Shown here: positions 53,425 to 64,000 of the stretch, in pieces | How the letters are laid out: each line of letters opens with the position of its first letter | Numbering within the stretch: position 1 is the stretch's first letter | Source of the DNA: Squalus acanthias | Taxonomy: Eukaryota | Direction: 5' to 3' | Length of the DNA: 64,000 bases | NCBI GenBank assembly: GCA_030390025.1 | Contig: CM059432.1 | Coordinates: 102,364,001-102,428,000 of the forward strand | Position numbers and translations under genes: made by a program | Notes under the pieces: generated by a model | Database searches by the model: none | What the model was told of the DNA's origin: nothing | Seen by the model: the letters and a program-made list of their open reading frames with translations, nothing else

Positions 53425-54060
53425 TCAGTTTGTCATCCTGATTAGCTGCCCGTTCTGCGCTAGTGATAACACTGGCCCCTCTCGAGGGGATGTCATGCAG
53501 ACCGAATGTTTCGCTTGTTCATCTGCAAGACTGTTTCCTTTTGAGTGTACTGTCCCAGTGGTATGCCCGTTTACATGAATCACCTGACAATTCTGTTTCT
53601 CCATTCTTGAACGGAGAATGTCTTCCCACAATGACTTATGTTTTATGGGTTTACCCTTATGATTGGTAAAGTTTGTTTGTTCCCAGAAAACTAGATCTTG
53701 GTAATATCCTCTTTTACAATAGTCATTATCTGTACAGATTAATGTGGGTTTAATAGGGTCTGTCTTTTCTAAAGCATACCGTAGTGCTGCGGCTTCAGCA
53801 TATTGCGCTGTCTTATGGCCAAGGGGTATGGACAGTAATTCTTCTGGATAAAAAGGATAGGAATCTCGAAAAGTCCCTACTACTAACCCCATCCCAGCTG
53901 AGGATTGTTGGGATGTCCCTTTTTTAATTGTCATTGATGATCCATCAAAAATTATTACTTGGTCTTTTGGAGGTACAGGGATAGGATTATTTCCCCTAAT
54001 AAAGCAATTGTTTGAATTTCCTAATAAATAGACTTGGCCATTTCCAACAGGGTTTGCCAT
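53425..54060 (-). pseudogene. pol: Foamy-type RNase H, apparently fused in frame to a short N-terminal (gag-start?) segment
   Basis: FDGSS..SAGMG..SIPLGHKTAQYAE..LICTD..L.FW..NF.NHKGKPIKH..W..H.KGNSLAD follows foamy RNase H; frameshift into integrase near 53480-53500. Confidence 0.88.
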
Positions 54061-54303
54061 TTCATCAGAACCTAACCTCGGTTAGGGTTTAATATGAACT
54101 TTATAAGAAATTTCTAGATCTCAATGGTATATTGAGGGAGTTCTGATTTAAGTTCTACAAGGCCTGATCAGGGACTTGTCGTCTCTAGAGACTTAAATCT
54201 GGGTCTTCGTGTCACTGTCAGTAAAACACTCCTTCTATACTTAACAATCTACAAGATGGATATAGATATAAATATAAGTATAGGTTCTGTATCAACTCAT
54301 TAA

Positions 54304-54321
54304 CACACACGTTGGGCGCCA
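54304..54321 (-). other. Primer-binding site, tRNA-Lys1,2 type
   Basis: TGGCGCCCAACGTGtGtg, 2 nt after the 5' LTR; first 14 nt match the foamy PBS TGGCGCCCAACGTGGGGC. Confidence 0.85.
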
Positions 54322-54453
54322 ACTGAAGGGATAATTACTAGTCCTAGCCCCTTTAGGGCTACCTCGGATCAGGCGTATTCCTCAGATGTTCACTTTCAAC
54401 TGAGGTTTGAGGTAGCCGGATCCTAAAGACGCTTAATTGGGTCTAAAGACTAT

Positions 54454-55346
54454 GGGGGAAAAATTAGGTCGCGCCCCATTTGGGGCGCAAATATCGTCTG
54501 GACGCAAATATTAGCGCCTGGCGCTAATTATCGCCACTGACTGGAAACTTCACTTTTACCGCCCCGGGAGGTGAGTGGAGCGCTAAATCAGGCGCTGCAC
54601 ACCTGTCTTAAGGCGCAAAGGCCAAGGAGTGAGGCGCTAACTGAGAGCGCTGGCGAAGCTCATGTAATGCCAGTCAGCAATGGAACACACACACAATGGC
54701 ACGGGCCAGTTCTTAAAGGGGATGGTTAATCTTGCTTTCCATCCACATCCTATTCATTGCAGCCTTGAATCTCGGCCTGGAGAGACTTGCACATCAAATG
54801 TGCTGGAAAGAACAATGGAGAGTACCAGGCAAAGAGCTCAGAGTGCAGCTCCCACAGTCTCTGCTAAATCGATACAAGGAATGGCAAATCAAAATGAACC
54901 TGCAAAGTGCTGCTCAGTACCCAAAACTCCTTCACACAATGTTGAATCTCTCCAGAAGTCTCTCCCTCTCTCTCTCAGAATGCGTAGTTCAAAAATGCCA
55001 CCAACAATAAAAGGCAGGAAGCGGTCACCTTTAAATAGCGCTCCCCCTTTCCCTTCATGACTGCAGAACGCTCCCCTCAACATGTCATTGCTAGCGTCAG
55101 GCGGTAAGGCAGGGGGCGCCACTCAATTTCCGCTCCGGGGCGCCACAAGGGCGTTGCACCATGGAATGACGTCACAATCTGCGCGCGCAGGTGGTCGCAG
55201 CGGTAAAGTTTAGCGCCGCCGCACAATGTCTAGTTAAGTTCCCGAGCGGCGCAAACATCGCTGCACCCGGGCGTTAGCAGCTTTGCGCCCCATTAGCGCC
55301 CTCTTAAGGCGCTAACGGGAGGCGCAACCAACTGAATTTTTACCCC
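54454..55346. mobile_element. Harbinger MITE in the 5' LTR
   Basis: TIRs, TSD TAT, empty site visible in the 3' LTR near 50502. Confidence 0.93.
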
Positions 55347-56271
55347 TATCTCTCCCTAAAGGAAAGGCACAACCTGAAAATGTTACCGTCCTCCAGATAG
55401 CACTTTTAATAAGTTTAGCTAGACTGTAACGTTCCGGATATTATGAGGGTCTGGAAAACTCCCCCAGAATTCTGCAACTCCTCACCAAAGAGTGTACAGA
55501 GATTGAGTTCACGAGTTTGATACAGAAGTCTTATGTGAGACAATTCTAAAAATATATAGATTTATTAAAGAACCAACATGTAATTTACAGTTGGTGAGTC
55601 AATCGCAACATTAACAGTTCCAAAAAGAGAAAGCTTACAATTCTATTATCAGAGAACCTTATTCTCAAATCTTAACTTCGCTACAGTTTTACAGTTCTTA
55701 GTTTTCTGCAGGATATCCACCAAAATTAAATACCTTTGATCCCTGAGGTACAAAGAGTTGGGGGTAAAAATTCAGTTGGTTGCACCTCCCGTTAGCGCCT
55801 TAAGAGGGCGCTAATGGGGCGCAAAGCCGCTAACGCCCGGGCGCAGCGATGTTTGCGCCGCTCGGGAACTTAACTAGAGATTGTGCGGCGGCGCTAAAAC
55901 TTACCGCTGCGACCACCTGCGCGCGCAGATTGTGACGTCATTCCATGGTGCAACGCCCTTGTGGTGCCCCAGACCGGAAATTGAGTGGCGCCCCCTGCCT
56001 TACCGCCTGGCGCATCCAACGACCGGAAGACTGGAACGATATCAATCGCTGTGGGGCTGGGGGGGGTGCTATTTAAAGGGGGCCTCTTCCTGTCTTTTTC
56101 TGTGGTCGACATTTTTGCACCACTCGTTCTGAGAGAGAGAGAGAGATTCGGAGAGAGAGAAAGAGAGACTTCTGCATTGACTCAACGCTTTGTGAGGTAG
56201 TTTTGCCTACTGATCCTAACTTCGCTGGTACTTTAGTTGCTGTCCTTCATTACTTTGCTTGCAAAGAGAAT

Positions 56272-57432
56272 ATGGGGGCTGCACTGATTGGGGGCGTCGT
56301 CCTGCTCCAGCTGAATTGGAGGATACAGAGACGCAGAGAGAGAGTGGCAATGATGGCCAGACGGAGGAGGGCCAACAGGCGTATGTACAGGAGAGCTTAC
56401 CCTCCCAGGGTATATCGTGAACAGCTCTCCTACATCCATATGTCTGAGGAGCTGTGTTTGCGAAGGCTGCGATTCAGCAAGGAGGTGGTCACTGAGCTCT
56501 GCCACCTGCTGCAGCCAGATCTGCAGCCTCAACTGAGGTCCAGGACGTCTCTGTCGGTGGCAGTGAAGGTCACAGTGGCTCTCAACTTTTACGCTACTGG
56601 CTCATTTCAAGCTGCTGCTGGGGACCTCGCCAATATCTCCCAGTTCGCGGTGCATTGCTGCATCCGGCAGGTCACAAATGCCCTCTTTAAAAGGAGACGA
56701 GAGTTCATCTCTTTCCCCATGACCCCAGACAAGCAGCGTGACCGCGCTCTGGGCTTTGCGAGGGTAGCGGGCTTCCCCATGGTGCAGGGCGCCATTGACT
56801 GCACGCATGTGGCTTTGCGTGCTCTGCATGAGAATGCCGAGGAATTCCGGAACAGAAAGGGGTTCCATTCCTTGAATGTTCAGTTGGTCTGTGACCACAG
56901 ACAGCTGATACTCGCTGTCAATGCCCACTATCCTGGCAGCTGCCACGATGCTTTTATCCTGCGCCAGACTACTGTGGCAGAACTTTTCGAGGCACCGCAT
57001 CAGCCAGTTGGTTGGCTTCTCGGGGACAAGGGGTATGCATTGAGCACCTGGCTGATGACACCGCTCCGTACGCCCAACACCCCTGCTGAGCTGCGGTACA
57101 ATCAGAGCCATCAAGCTACCAGGAACATAATTGAGCGCACAATCGGCGTGCTGAAGCAACGGTTCCGCGGTCTCGACCATTCTGGAGTAGCCCTGCAGTA
57201 CTCGCCTGAGCGAGTATCGAACTTCGTAGTCGTGTGCTACATGTTGCATAACATGGCAATCCTCAGGACCCAGCCAATGCCACCAGGCCTTGGAGCACCA
57301 CCAGAGGAGGAGGAGGAAGAGGAGGAAGAGGACGAGGAGGATGATCATCAGCAGCACCAAGGCGGGAGGGCGGCCCACAATGGTCAAACTGCAAGGGTCG
57401 TCCGTCAACGGCTAATAGCAAGCCGCTTCTAG
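56272..57432 (+). CDS. Harbinger DDE transposase, 386 aa, intact ORF
   Basis: [51 protein letters not shown], acidic tail. Confidence 0.92.
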   Translation: MGAALIGGVVLLQLNWRIQRRRERVAMMARRRRANRRMYRRAYPPRVYREQLSYIHMSEELCLRRLRFSKEVVTELCHLLQPDLQPQLRSRTSLSVAVKVTVALNFYATGSFQAAAGDLANISQFAVHCCIRQVTNALFKRRREFISFPMTPDKQRDRALGFARVAGFPMVQGAIDCTHVALRALHENAEEFRNRKGFHSLNVQLVCDHRQLILAVNAHYPGSCHDAFILRQTTVAELFEAPHQPVGWLLGDKGYALSTWLMTPLRTPNTPAELRYNQSHQATRNIIERTIGVLKQRFRGLDHSGVALQYSPERVSNFVVVCYMLHNMAILRTQPMPPGLGAPPEEEEEEEEEDEEDDHQQHQGGRAAHNGQTARVVRQRLIASRF

Positions 57433-57744
57433 GGCCCCTGCTGTGGAAATGGCTTCTGCCATTGCTAACAACATTAATGAACCCAGCACGCAACCCCTAA
57501 GCCGGCCAAGGCACCAATAATTCCAACCACCAACCATGTATATTTTGAATACAGAAACTTATTTATTTTACAAACTCTGTGTGTGTCAATTCCTCATGAC
57601 AAACTCATAGAAATAAACACAAAAAAACAGTCAATAACATAACTGGTTCTCACAACCTGGAGATAATGTCCAAAACACTAAACAAAAGTTGGACCATGAA
57701 CCTCGACCTTTAATAAAAAAATGACCAGCATTTTGTCACACCTC

Positions 57745-59725
57745 CTACTTTTTGCCCTTCGAGGGTGATCTCCTTCCCTTGCGCACTTCCCCCCTTCTAA
57801 CCCTACTGCTCCTCCGTAATGGGACCTCAGTGGCTGCAGCAAGGCTGGTGGAAGGCTGCTGCTCGTCAGACCCTGACACTGCAGATGCCCCTGAAGGACG
57901 GCCTCGACCAGTTCTGGGCCTGGAGGGCCCGGCTGCAGACTGCACCAACTCTGCATGGGCGGCAGCAGTCTGTCCTACAGGCGGTGGCAAGTGCAGTGGA
58001 GAAGTGACAGTGTTGGCAGCAGGAATGCTGTCATCGTGAGAGAGGACAGCAACTCCCTGCTCGCCCGACACACTGGCACTCCCACGGGGCAGCACTTCAG
58101 CATCCGGAGCAATCTGCAGGAGAACAGATTGCTGGCCTGCTGCGGCGTGGTGACAGCCCCGGGGACATGTGCATGAACCATCGAGGTTGGCAGCAGTCTG
58201 TGCTCGCGTGGCCTCAATCTGAGTCTGCATGAGAGCAGTCAGAGATGGGATCACGGCAGCCAGTGACTGAATTGCAGCACTAAGCGTTAGTGTGGCATCC
58301 GCCTGTGCTACAGCGAAGTGCTCCACACTCCTTGCCAGTGACTCAATGCATTCGGGCACCCTTCCCACTGCACCCATGAGCTCAGTGTGCATGCCCACCG
58401 CCTGGGTGTTCATTTCTGCAATCAGCCGCTCCTCCTCTGCGTCCATTGCAGTAGGAGTGTCTGGCATACTCTCCCTCTGGGGAGAAGGCCCCCGTTCTTC
58501 CCTACCCCCATGGCGTTGCTGCAGCCCGCTGGGTCCTGGAGCTTCACCCTCATCAGACCCTTCCCCCTGCTCCCCTCCAGGGAAGGCGTGTTCCCAGTGT
58601 GGGAATGGGCTTCCTCGGGAGAGGGTGGCACTGATGCTCCGGCTTCCTCTTCCTCCTCGGCTGCAGCATCACTCCCAGTGGCAGCTTCAGGGCCCGTCTC
58701 CTCAGCTGGTGAATCACCATCTGAAAGCAGGGAGGTACAAGAGTGGCTTTAGCGTGAGGACAGGGTGGCAGTAAGGGAGGAATAAGTGCAGCGAGTTAGC
58801 AAGTTGGATTGAAAGTGTCAAAGGCTGGTGTTGTGAGGGACAAGTGGAAGGACAGAGGACAAAAAGGTGATGACCTTACCATTGCTGTCCAGAACGGGGT
58901 CGGCGTCTCCAGTGGCGACGGGACCGATCACCCAGCTTGCCACAATCCTGTGGACGCGCTCCTCCAGATCGCTGAGGGGTTGCAGCTGAGGCCGCCCTCC
59001 ACCTGTCCGTTGCTGCTGTCTCCGATTATGCGCCAGCTTGGCCTGTAAGAAAAAGGACAGCATCTGAGTAAATATACAGCCATGGTCTTGCCTGATGTGC
59101 CTCCCATAGGTGAATAGCCCTTACTGTATGCAGCCATGGTCTTGCCTGATGTGCCTCCCATAGGTGAATAGCCCTTACTGTATGCAGCCATGGTCTTGCC
59201 TGATGTGCCTCCCATAGGTGAATAGCCCTTACTGTATGCAGCCATGGTGTTGCCTGATGTGCCTCCCATAGGTGAATAGCCCTTACTGTATGCAGCCATG
59301 GTCTTACCTGATGTGCCTCCCATAGGTGAATAGCCCTTACTGTATGCAAAGTGTGGAATGTGTGTGTGTGTTTCATGAAAGGGCCATAGGTGTTGGATGA
59401 GTGTTGTGCATTGGGGTTTTAAGACCCTCTGGCCATAGAGTGAGGTTGAGATGGAGGGATGGAGAGGTATTGAGAAAAAGCCACTCACCCTGACGACCCG
59501 AGTGAGGTCGTTGAACTTTTTGCGGCATTGAGTATGGGTCTTGGGCACCATGCTCCTGGAGGAGACGCTCTGAGCCACCTCCCTCCACACTCTTCTGAAC
59601 TCGCGTGGCAAAGGCCTCCTGCCACTCTCAGGGAAGAGCATACATCTTCTGCGCTCCACCGCGCCAACCAGAGCATCCAAGGCCCGCTCGGTGAAGCGAT
59701 GAGCTCGTTCTCTCACCCTCTCCAT
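57745..59725 (-). CDS. Harbinger Myb/SANT-like protein; exons 59725-59489, 59042-58880, 58720-57745; one frameshift
   Basis: F...AL.ALV..V..WREVA..QCRKKFNDL; GT-AG introns of phase 0 and 1; one extra G in the run at 58563-58567 would give a 458-aa ORF. Confidence 0.8.
59077..59348. repeat. 54-bp minisatellite, 5 copies, in Myb intron 1
   Basis: CAGCCATGGTCTTGCCTGATGTGCCTCCCATAGGTGAATAGCCCTTACTGTATG repeated at 59077, 59131, 59185, 59239 and 59293. Confidence 0.95.
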
Positions 59726-60293
59726 CCTTGGCAGCAAAATGGATTCACAGGTCTCTCCAGGCCGAGATTCAAGGCTGTAATGAGCAGGGTGTGGCTGGGG
59801 AGCAAGTTGGCCCCCCCCGCTTTAAGAAGTGGCTGGCGCCAGTGTGTCTGTGTTCCCTCGCTAACTGGCAGCAGCTGCGCTGCGCTCGCACGCTGAGTTA
59901 GCGCCTCACTGCTCGGCCTTTGCGCCTTAAGACAGGTGTGCAGCGCCTGATTTAGCGCTCCACTCACCTCCCGGGGCGGTAAAAGTGAAGTTTCCAGTCA
60001 GTGCCGATAATTAGCGCCAGGCGCTAATATTTGCGTCCAGACGATATTTGCGCCCCAAATGGGGCGCGACCTAATTTTTCCCCCTTGGAGACTTACAGAG
60101 CCGCCTCTGAAGCCGAGAATCGCTTTGCCCCTTTAAAGCGAGTCTACTATCCCATTTGTGAGTTCAATATTTATACCCTTTTCCAGTGGTCTTCAGTGGT
60201 TTTCTGCTGATGTAAGCTAATTATCTCTAGTCATTTTTCTGCTGACCCCTGCAATTCTTACAGTCACCTTAGCTGGTAGCATTAGAGAATTAT

Positions 60294-61187
60294 TGGTTGG
60301 AAAATTCAGTTGGTTGCGCATACCGTTAGCGCCTTAAGAGGGCGCTAATGGGGCGCAAAGCATCTAGCGCCCAGGCGCGGCGAAGTTTGCGCCGCTCGCA
60401 AAATTAACTAGACATTTTACGGCGGCGCTAAACACTACCGCCACGATCTCCTGCGCCGGCAGATCATGACGTCACTCGAGTGCGCAACGCCCCGGTATCG
60501 CCCCGGAGCGGATATTGAATGGTGCCCCCTGCCTTACCGCCTGACGCTAGCAACGACAGGTTGAGGGGAGCGTTCTGCAGTCATGAAGGGAAAGGGGGAG
60601 CACTATTTAAAGGTGTCCGCTTCCTGCCTTTTATTGTTGGTGCCATTTTTGAACTACGCAATCTGAGAGAGAGAGGGAGAGACTTCTGGAGAGATTCAAC
60701 GTTGTGTGAAGGAGTTTTGGGTACTGAGCAGCACTTTGCAGGTTCATTTTGATTTGCCATTCCTTGTATCGATTTAGCAGAGACTTTGGGGGCTGCACTC
60801 TGAGCTCTTTGCCTGGTACTCTCCATTGTTCTTTCCAGCAGATTTGATGTGCAGGTCTCTCCAGGCCGAGATTCAAGGCTGCAATGAGCAGGATGTGGAT
60901 GGAAAGCAAGATTAACCATCCCCTTTAAGAACTGACCCGTGCCATTGTGTGTGTGTTCCATTGCTGACTGACATTACATGAGCTTCGCCAGCGCTCTGAG
61001 GTAGCGCCTCGCTCCTCGGCATTTGCGCCTGAAGACAGGTGTGAAGCGCCTGATATAGCGCTGCAATCACCTCCAGGGGCGATAAAAGTCAAGTTTGCAG
61101 TCGGTGGTGATAATTAGCGCCAGGCGCTAATCTTTGCACCCGGCCGATAATTGCGCCCCAAATGGGGCGATACTGAATTTCTCCCCC
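60294..61187. mobile_element. Harbinger MITE (inverted relative to 54454-55346)
   Basis: TSD TAT, left TIR degraded, reverse complement of the 2707-3599 type. Confidence 0.9.
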
Positions 61188-61535
61188 TATGTCTCTTCTC
61201 TAGGTGTTCTAAGTTTACCATAAAAAACGGTGTAACAGCAAGTGTGTTTTGCTTGATGTCATTTTTACGAAGGCAGATGTTTCTTACTTTTATGTGCTTC
61301 TTTACGAAGTGTAAATTAGAACACCTTGTCCAGGGTGAACCATTGTTTCATTCCGAAAGGTTCAGACTACCGGAGCCTTTAACCTTCTGTTTGAATAAGG
61401 TTATTGATTCAGTGTCAACAACTATCTTATATCTATAGCCAGAATGCTTTCACAGCTTTTTCATAGTTAGGTTTCTAGATTTCCAAACACAGGTTGTCAT
61501 GTTTTAATAAGGCCAGAATTCTTTCAAAAGATATT

Positions 61536-62296
61536 GGGGTAAAAATTGAGTCGCGCCCCATTTGGGGCGCTAACCTCGCCGGGGCGCGACTTTTAGCGCC
61601 CCGAAAAAATTAGCGGTCCCGCGCCGTAACTTCAGTGGTTGCGCCCCAAGAGGGAAGCGGGGCGCCACTGGAAGCACCCCGCATCCCTCTTGGGGCGCTG
61701 CGAGTGAATATCCTGGCGCTACGTGCCGCAGCGCCACGCGCTGCGGCACATCGCGCCGCGGTATTGCAGGCCTTCCTCCCCTTCTTAAAGGGGAGGGACC
61801 CTGCGCAGCGCGAACCGGGGCCCAGCTGGGCCCCCAGGGATCGGGAGTGCCGGCAAAAGAGCCCGGCACTCAAGAGAAGTGCCGGGCTCTTGGAGCGCAG
61901 CTGGCACATCACGGTGGGGGGGCTTCACGGGGGCCGGGGGCAGGTGCTGGCAGGCGGCCAGCAACAAAAATGGCCGCCTGCCACCTCCCCTTTAAATATC
62001 GCCGCCCCGGCCGCACGTACGCCTCCCTGAACCCGTCGGACATAGCGTCTGGCGGTAAATCAGGGGGCGCGACTGAAGATCACGGCCGGGGCGCGAGCGG
62101 GGTGCTGCGCACGGAGATGACGTCATCGCCGGCGGCGCAGCGCCACAGGGCGCTACCGGCTGCCGCCGCCGCTAACCTCCCACTAAATTTTTCGGGAGGC
62201 GTGGGCGGCGCTGCGCCCGGGCGTTAGCTGCTTTACGCCCCATTAGCGCCCTCTTAAGGCGCTAACGGGAGGCGCAAGCAGCTGAATTTTTCCCCC
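61536..62296. mobile_element. GC-rich Harbinger MITE
   Basis: Same TIRs, TSD ATT. Confidence 0.9.
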
Positions 62297-62339
62297 ATTG
62301 TATTTTTTCTGAATAGGTTAAAAGGCTTATTCCTTCACA

Positions 62340-63300
62340 GCAAGAGCTGCGCCCTCATGATGGCCAAGTTGTGGAGGATGGAGCAATTCACCACAAATTG
62401 GGACACCCGCTCTGGTGAGTACTGGAGAGCTCCTCCTGAGTGGTCAAGGCAGCGGAACCATTGCTTGAGCACCCCAATGGTCTGCTCAATGAGGTTCCTC
62501 CTGGCAGCATGGCTGTCATTATCTGACTGCTGGCCACGAGTGGTGGGGTTGCAGAGGTGAGTTGTCATCCACGTGTAGAGTGAATAACCCTTGTCTCCGA
62601 GCAGCCACCCTCGGGAAGATTGCTGACACAGCAGACTGGCGCAGGATGAAGGCATCATGATTGCTGCCAGGATACCAGGCATTCACCATCATGATGTGCT
62701 GGGCGTGGTTGCACACCAATTGCACATTATAAGAGAGTAGTAGCCTTTGCGGTTACGATACATCTCGGCATTGATATGCGGCGCCCGCAATGCCATGTGT
62801 GTGCAGTCGATGGCGCCCTGCACCATGGGGAAGCCCGATATCCTGGCAAAGCCAGGTACGTGCTCCTCCTGCTTCTCCCTGTTCAGAGAGAAGGCAATGA
62901 AGTCTCCTCTGGACGGCGAACTGTGAGATGTTTGCAATGTTACCTGTTCTCGCCTGGCAGAATCTGCTGGTGACAATATGCAGGGCCACGGTCACCTTGT
63001 GGGCCACTGGCTGTGCCATCGTCACCCTGCTCTGCGGCTGCAGGTCTAGTTCCAAGAGGTGGCAGAGTTCTGTTACCACCTCATTGGAGAAGCACAGCCA
63101 CTGAATACACTGCTCCTGGCTTAGGTGCAGGTAGGAGAAGTGCTCCCTGAAAACTCTAGGTGGGTAAGGCCTCCTGCCAAGAGCCCTTCTCCCCTTCCTC
63201 CTCCTCCACCCTCTGCGAGCAGCTTGTCTTTGCTGCCTCTGCTCCATCTCCCTGTCATGCTGCAATGCGAGGGGGACTGCCAGTAGAGCCCCTGTGACTG
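62340..63300 (-). pseudogene. Harbinger transposase pseudogene (host of the provirus); element end near 63758
   Basis: RPYPPRVFRE, VQGAIDCTHM, RNRKGYYSL, LLGDKGY, NLIEQTIGVLKQWFR; frameshifts. Confidence 0.85.
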
Positions 63301-64000
63301 GGAGCAAGTGGTGTAATCAGAGGCCTTCCAGTTGCAGCCAATGCCTTCCAAATGTCCAGCAGCACTTCCAACATCTTCCAGCAAGCCAGCATTGATATAA
63401 ACTCAGCAAGAGCCAGTACAAGAGAAATAATCAACTTCCCTGCAAGTTGGATGTATCCCTTTAAATAGCACTGGTGGGGGGTCCCTCGTGCAGCTCAGCT
63501 GTGTGTGTTTAGGAGAGGGCGTTAATTGGAACGTCCAAAATGGCAGGTCGTGTGTCAAATCAGCGTTACACACTGACTGACATCATGGTCTGCCTACTCC
63601 ATATACTGCCGGTGTACGCACGTCTCGCCCGCACTATCACCCTCGCCAAGATGGCGATCAGCGCGGGCCATGTCGAAAGTGGGCAGAAGTGAGGCGGCCG
63701 TCAATTTTTTCTCGAAACCCGCTTTAACTGCTGGTGCTGAGGTGCCAAATTTCACGGCAGAAGGGTTTGCAGAGAGGAGGCAACAGAGCTATGCCATCTC
63801 CTGCTTATAATTTCCTGGCTTATCCAGGTCCATGCTGGGAGCTCACTACAGTCATTAAATTCAATGTGGGACTAAATATTTCATTTAACTAAGGCTCACC
63901 ATACCTGCAGCATGTCCTACTTCTGGACCCCATAATTAAGTGTCACAAAATGCATCAAGCAGCTTTTTTCTTGTCTCCTTATCGGTCACAGAGCTAGCTG

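Larger units (their letters stand above)
51944..53480 (-). pseudogene. pol: Foamy-type integrase (disrupted)
   Basis: GYP, AH..AH..YWWP..C..C, KFFIDFIGPLPPS.GY, LHSD, HPQS.G.VERKN, W.P..G..VQE, PKWKKP, TVSIVNLK; stops near 52885 and 52846; 87-bp insertion. Confidence 0.92.
55761..60084. mobile_element. Full-length autonomous-type PIF/Harbinger transposon (4324 bp)
   Basis: TIR GGGGTAAAAATT / AATTTTTCCCCC, TSD TTG, empty site GAGTTGGAGAC near 50910, convergent transposase and Myb genes. Confidence 0.95.
50369..62339 (-). mobile_element. Foamy-virus-like endogenous retrovirus, internally deleted provirus
   Basis: Two LTRs with TG...CA ends, TSD GCAA (50365-50368 / 62340-62343), Lys1,2-type PBS, PPT, foamy-type RNase H and integrase. 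Confidence 0.9.
54324..62339 (-). repeat. 5' LTR fragmented by four Harbinger-family insertions
   Basis: Segments 54324-54453, 55347-55760, 60085-60293, 61188-61535 and 62297-62339 reconstruct the 3' LTR. Confidence 0.9.

Noticed and set aside
56602..57408. 268-aa antisense ORF, and similar antisense ORFs over LINEs and Myb exons
   Set aside because: Shadow frames of GC-rich coding sequence
56272..57432. Domesticated host HARBI1 gene
   Set aside because: Bounded by TIRs and a TSD, and absent from the sister LTR, so it is a transposon copy
59077..59348. CRISPR-like array
   Set aside because: Head-to-tail repeats without unique spacers, in a eukaryotic intron

Overview
Eukaryotic, repeat-dominated DNA, most likely from a cartilaginous fish (inferred from the CR1, L2, Deu-domain SINE and Penelope repeat types). 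There is one plausible host exon, a signal-peptide exon on the minus strand at 10226-10160 in a CpG-rich, repeat-poor block. The main structure is a nested complex at about 48.7-63.8 kb. An old PIF/Harbinger transposon was hit by an internally deleted foamy-virus-like (spumaretrovirus-like) provirus (50369-62339, minus strand, GCAA TSD, about 1140-bp LTRs, tRNA-Lys1,2-type PBS, RNase H, integrase and env start). Its 5' LTR was then hit by four younger Harbinger-family elements, one of them a nearly intact autonomous copy (intact DDE transposase plus 3-exon Myb/SANT gene). Its integrase carries an 87-bp Penelope-type insert containing a minimal hammerhead ribozyme motif. Elsewhere there is a 1.6-kb solo LTR, further decayed Harbingers and MITEs, CR1, L2, Crack-like and Vingi-like LINE fragments, and SINEs. 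All coordinates and comparisons were read by eye; no database searches were run.
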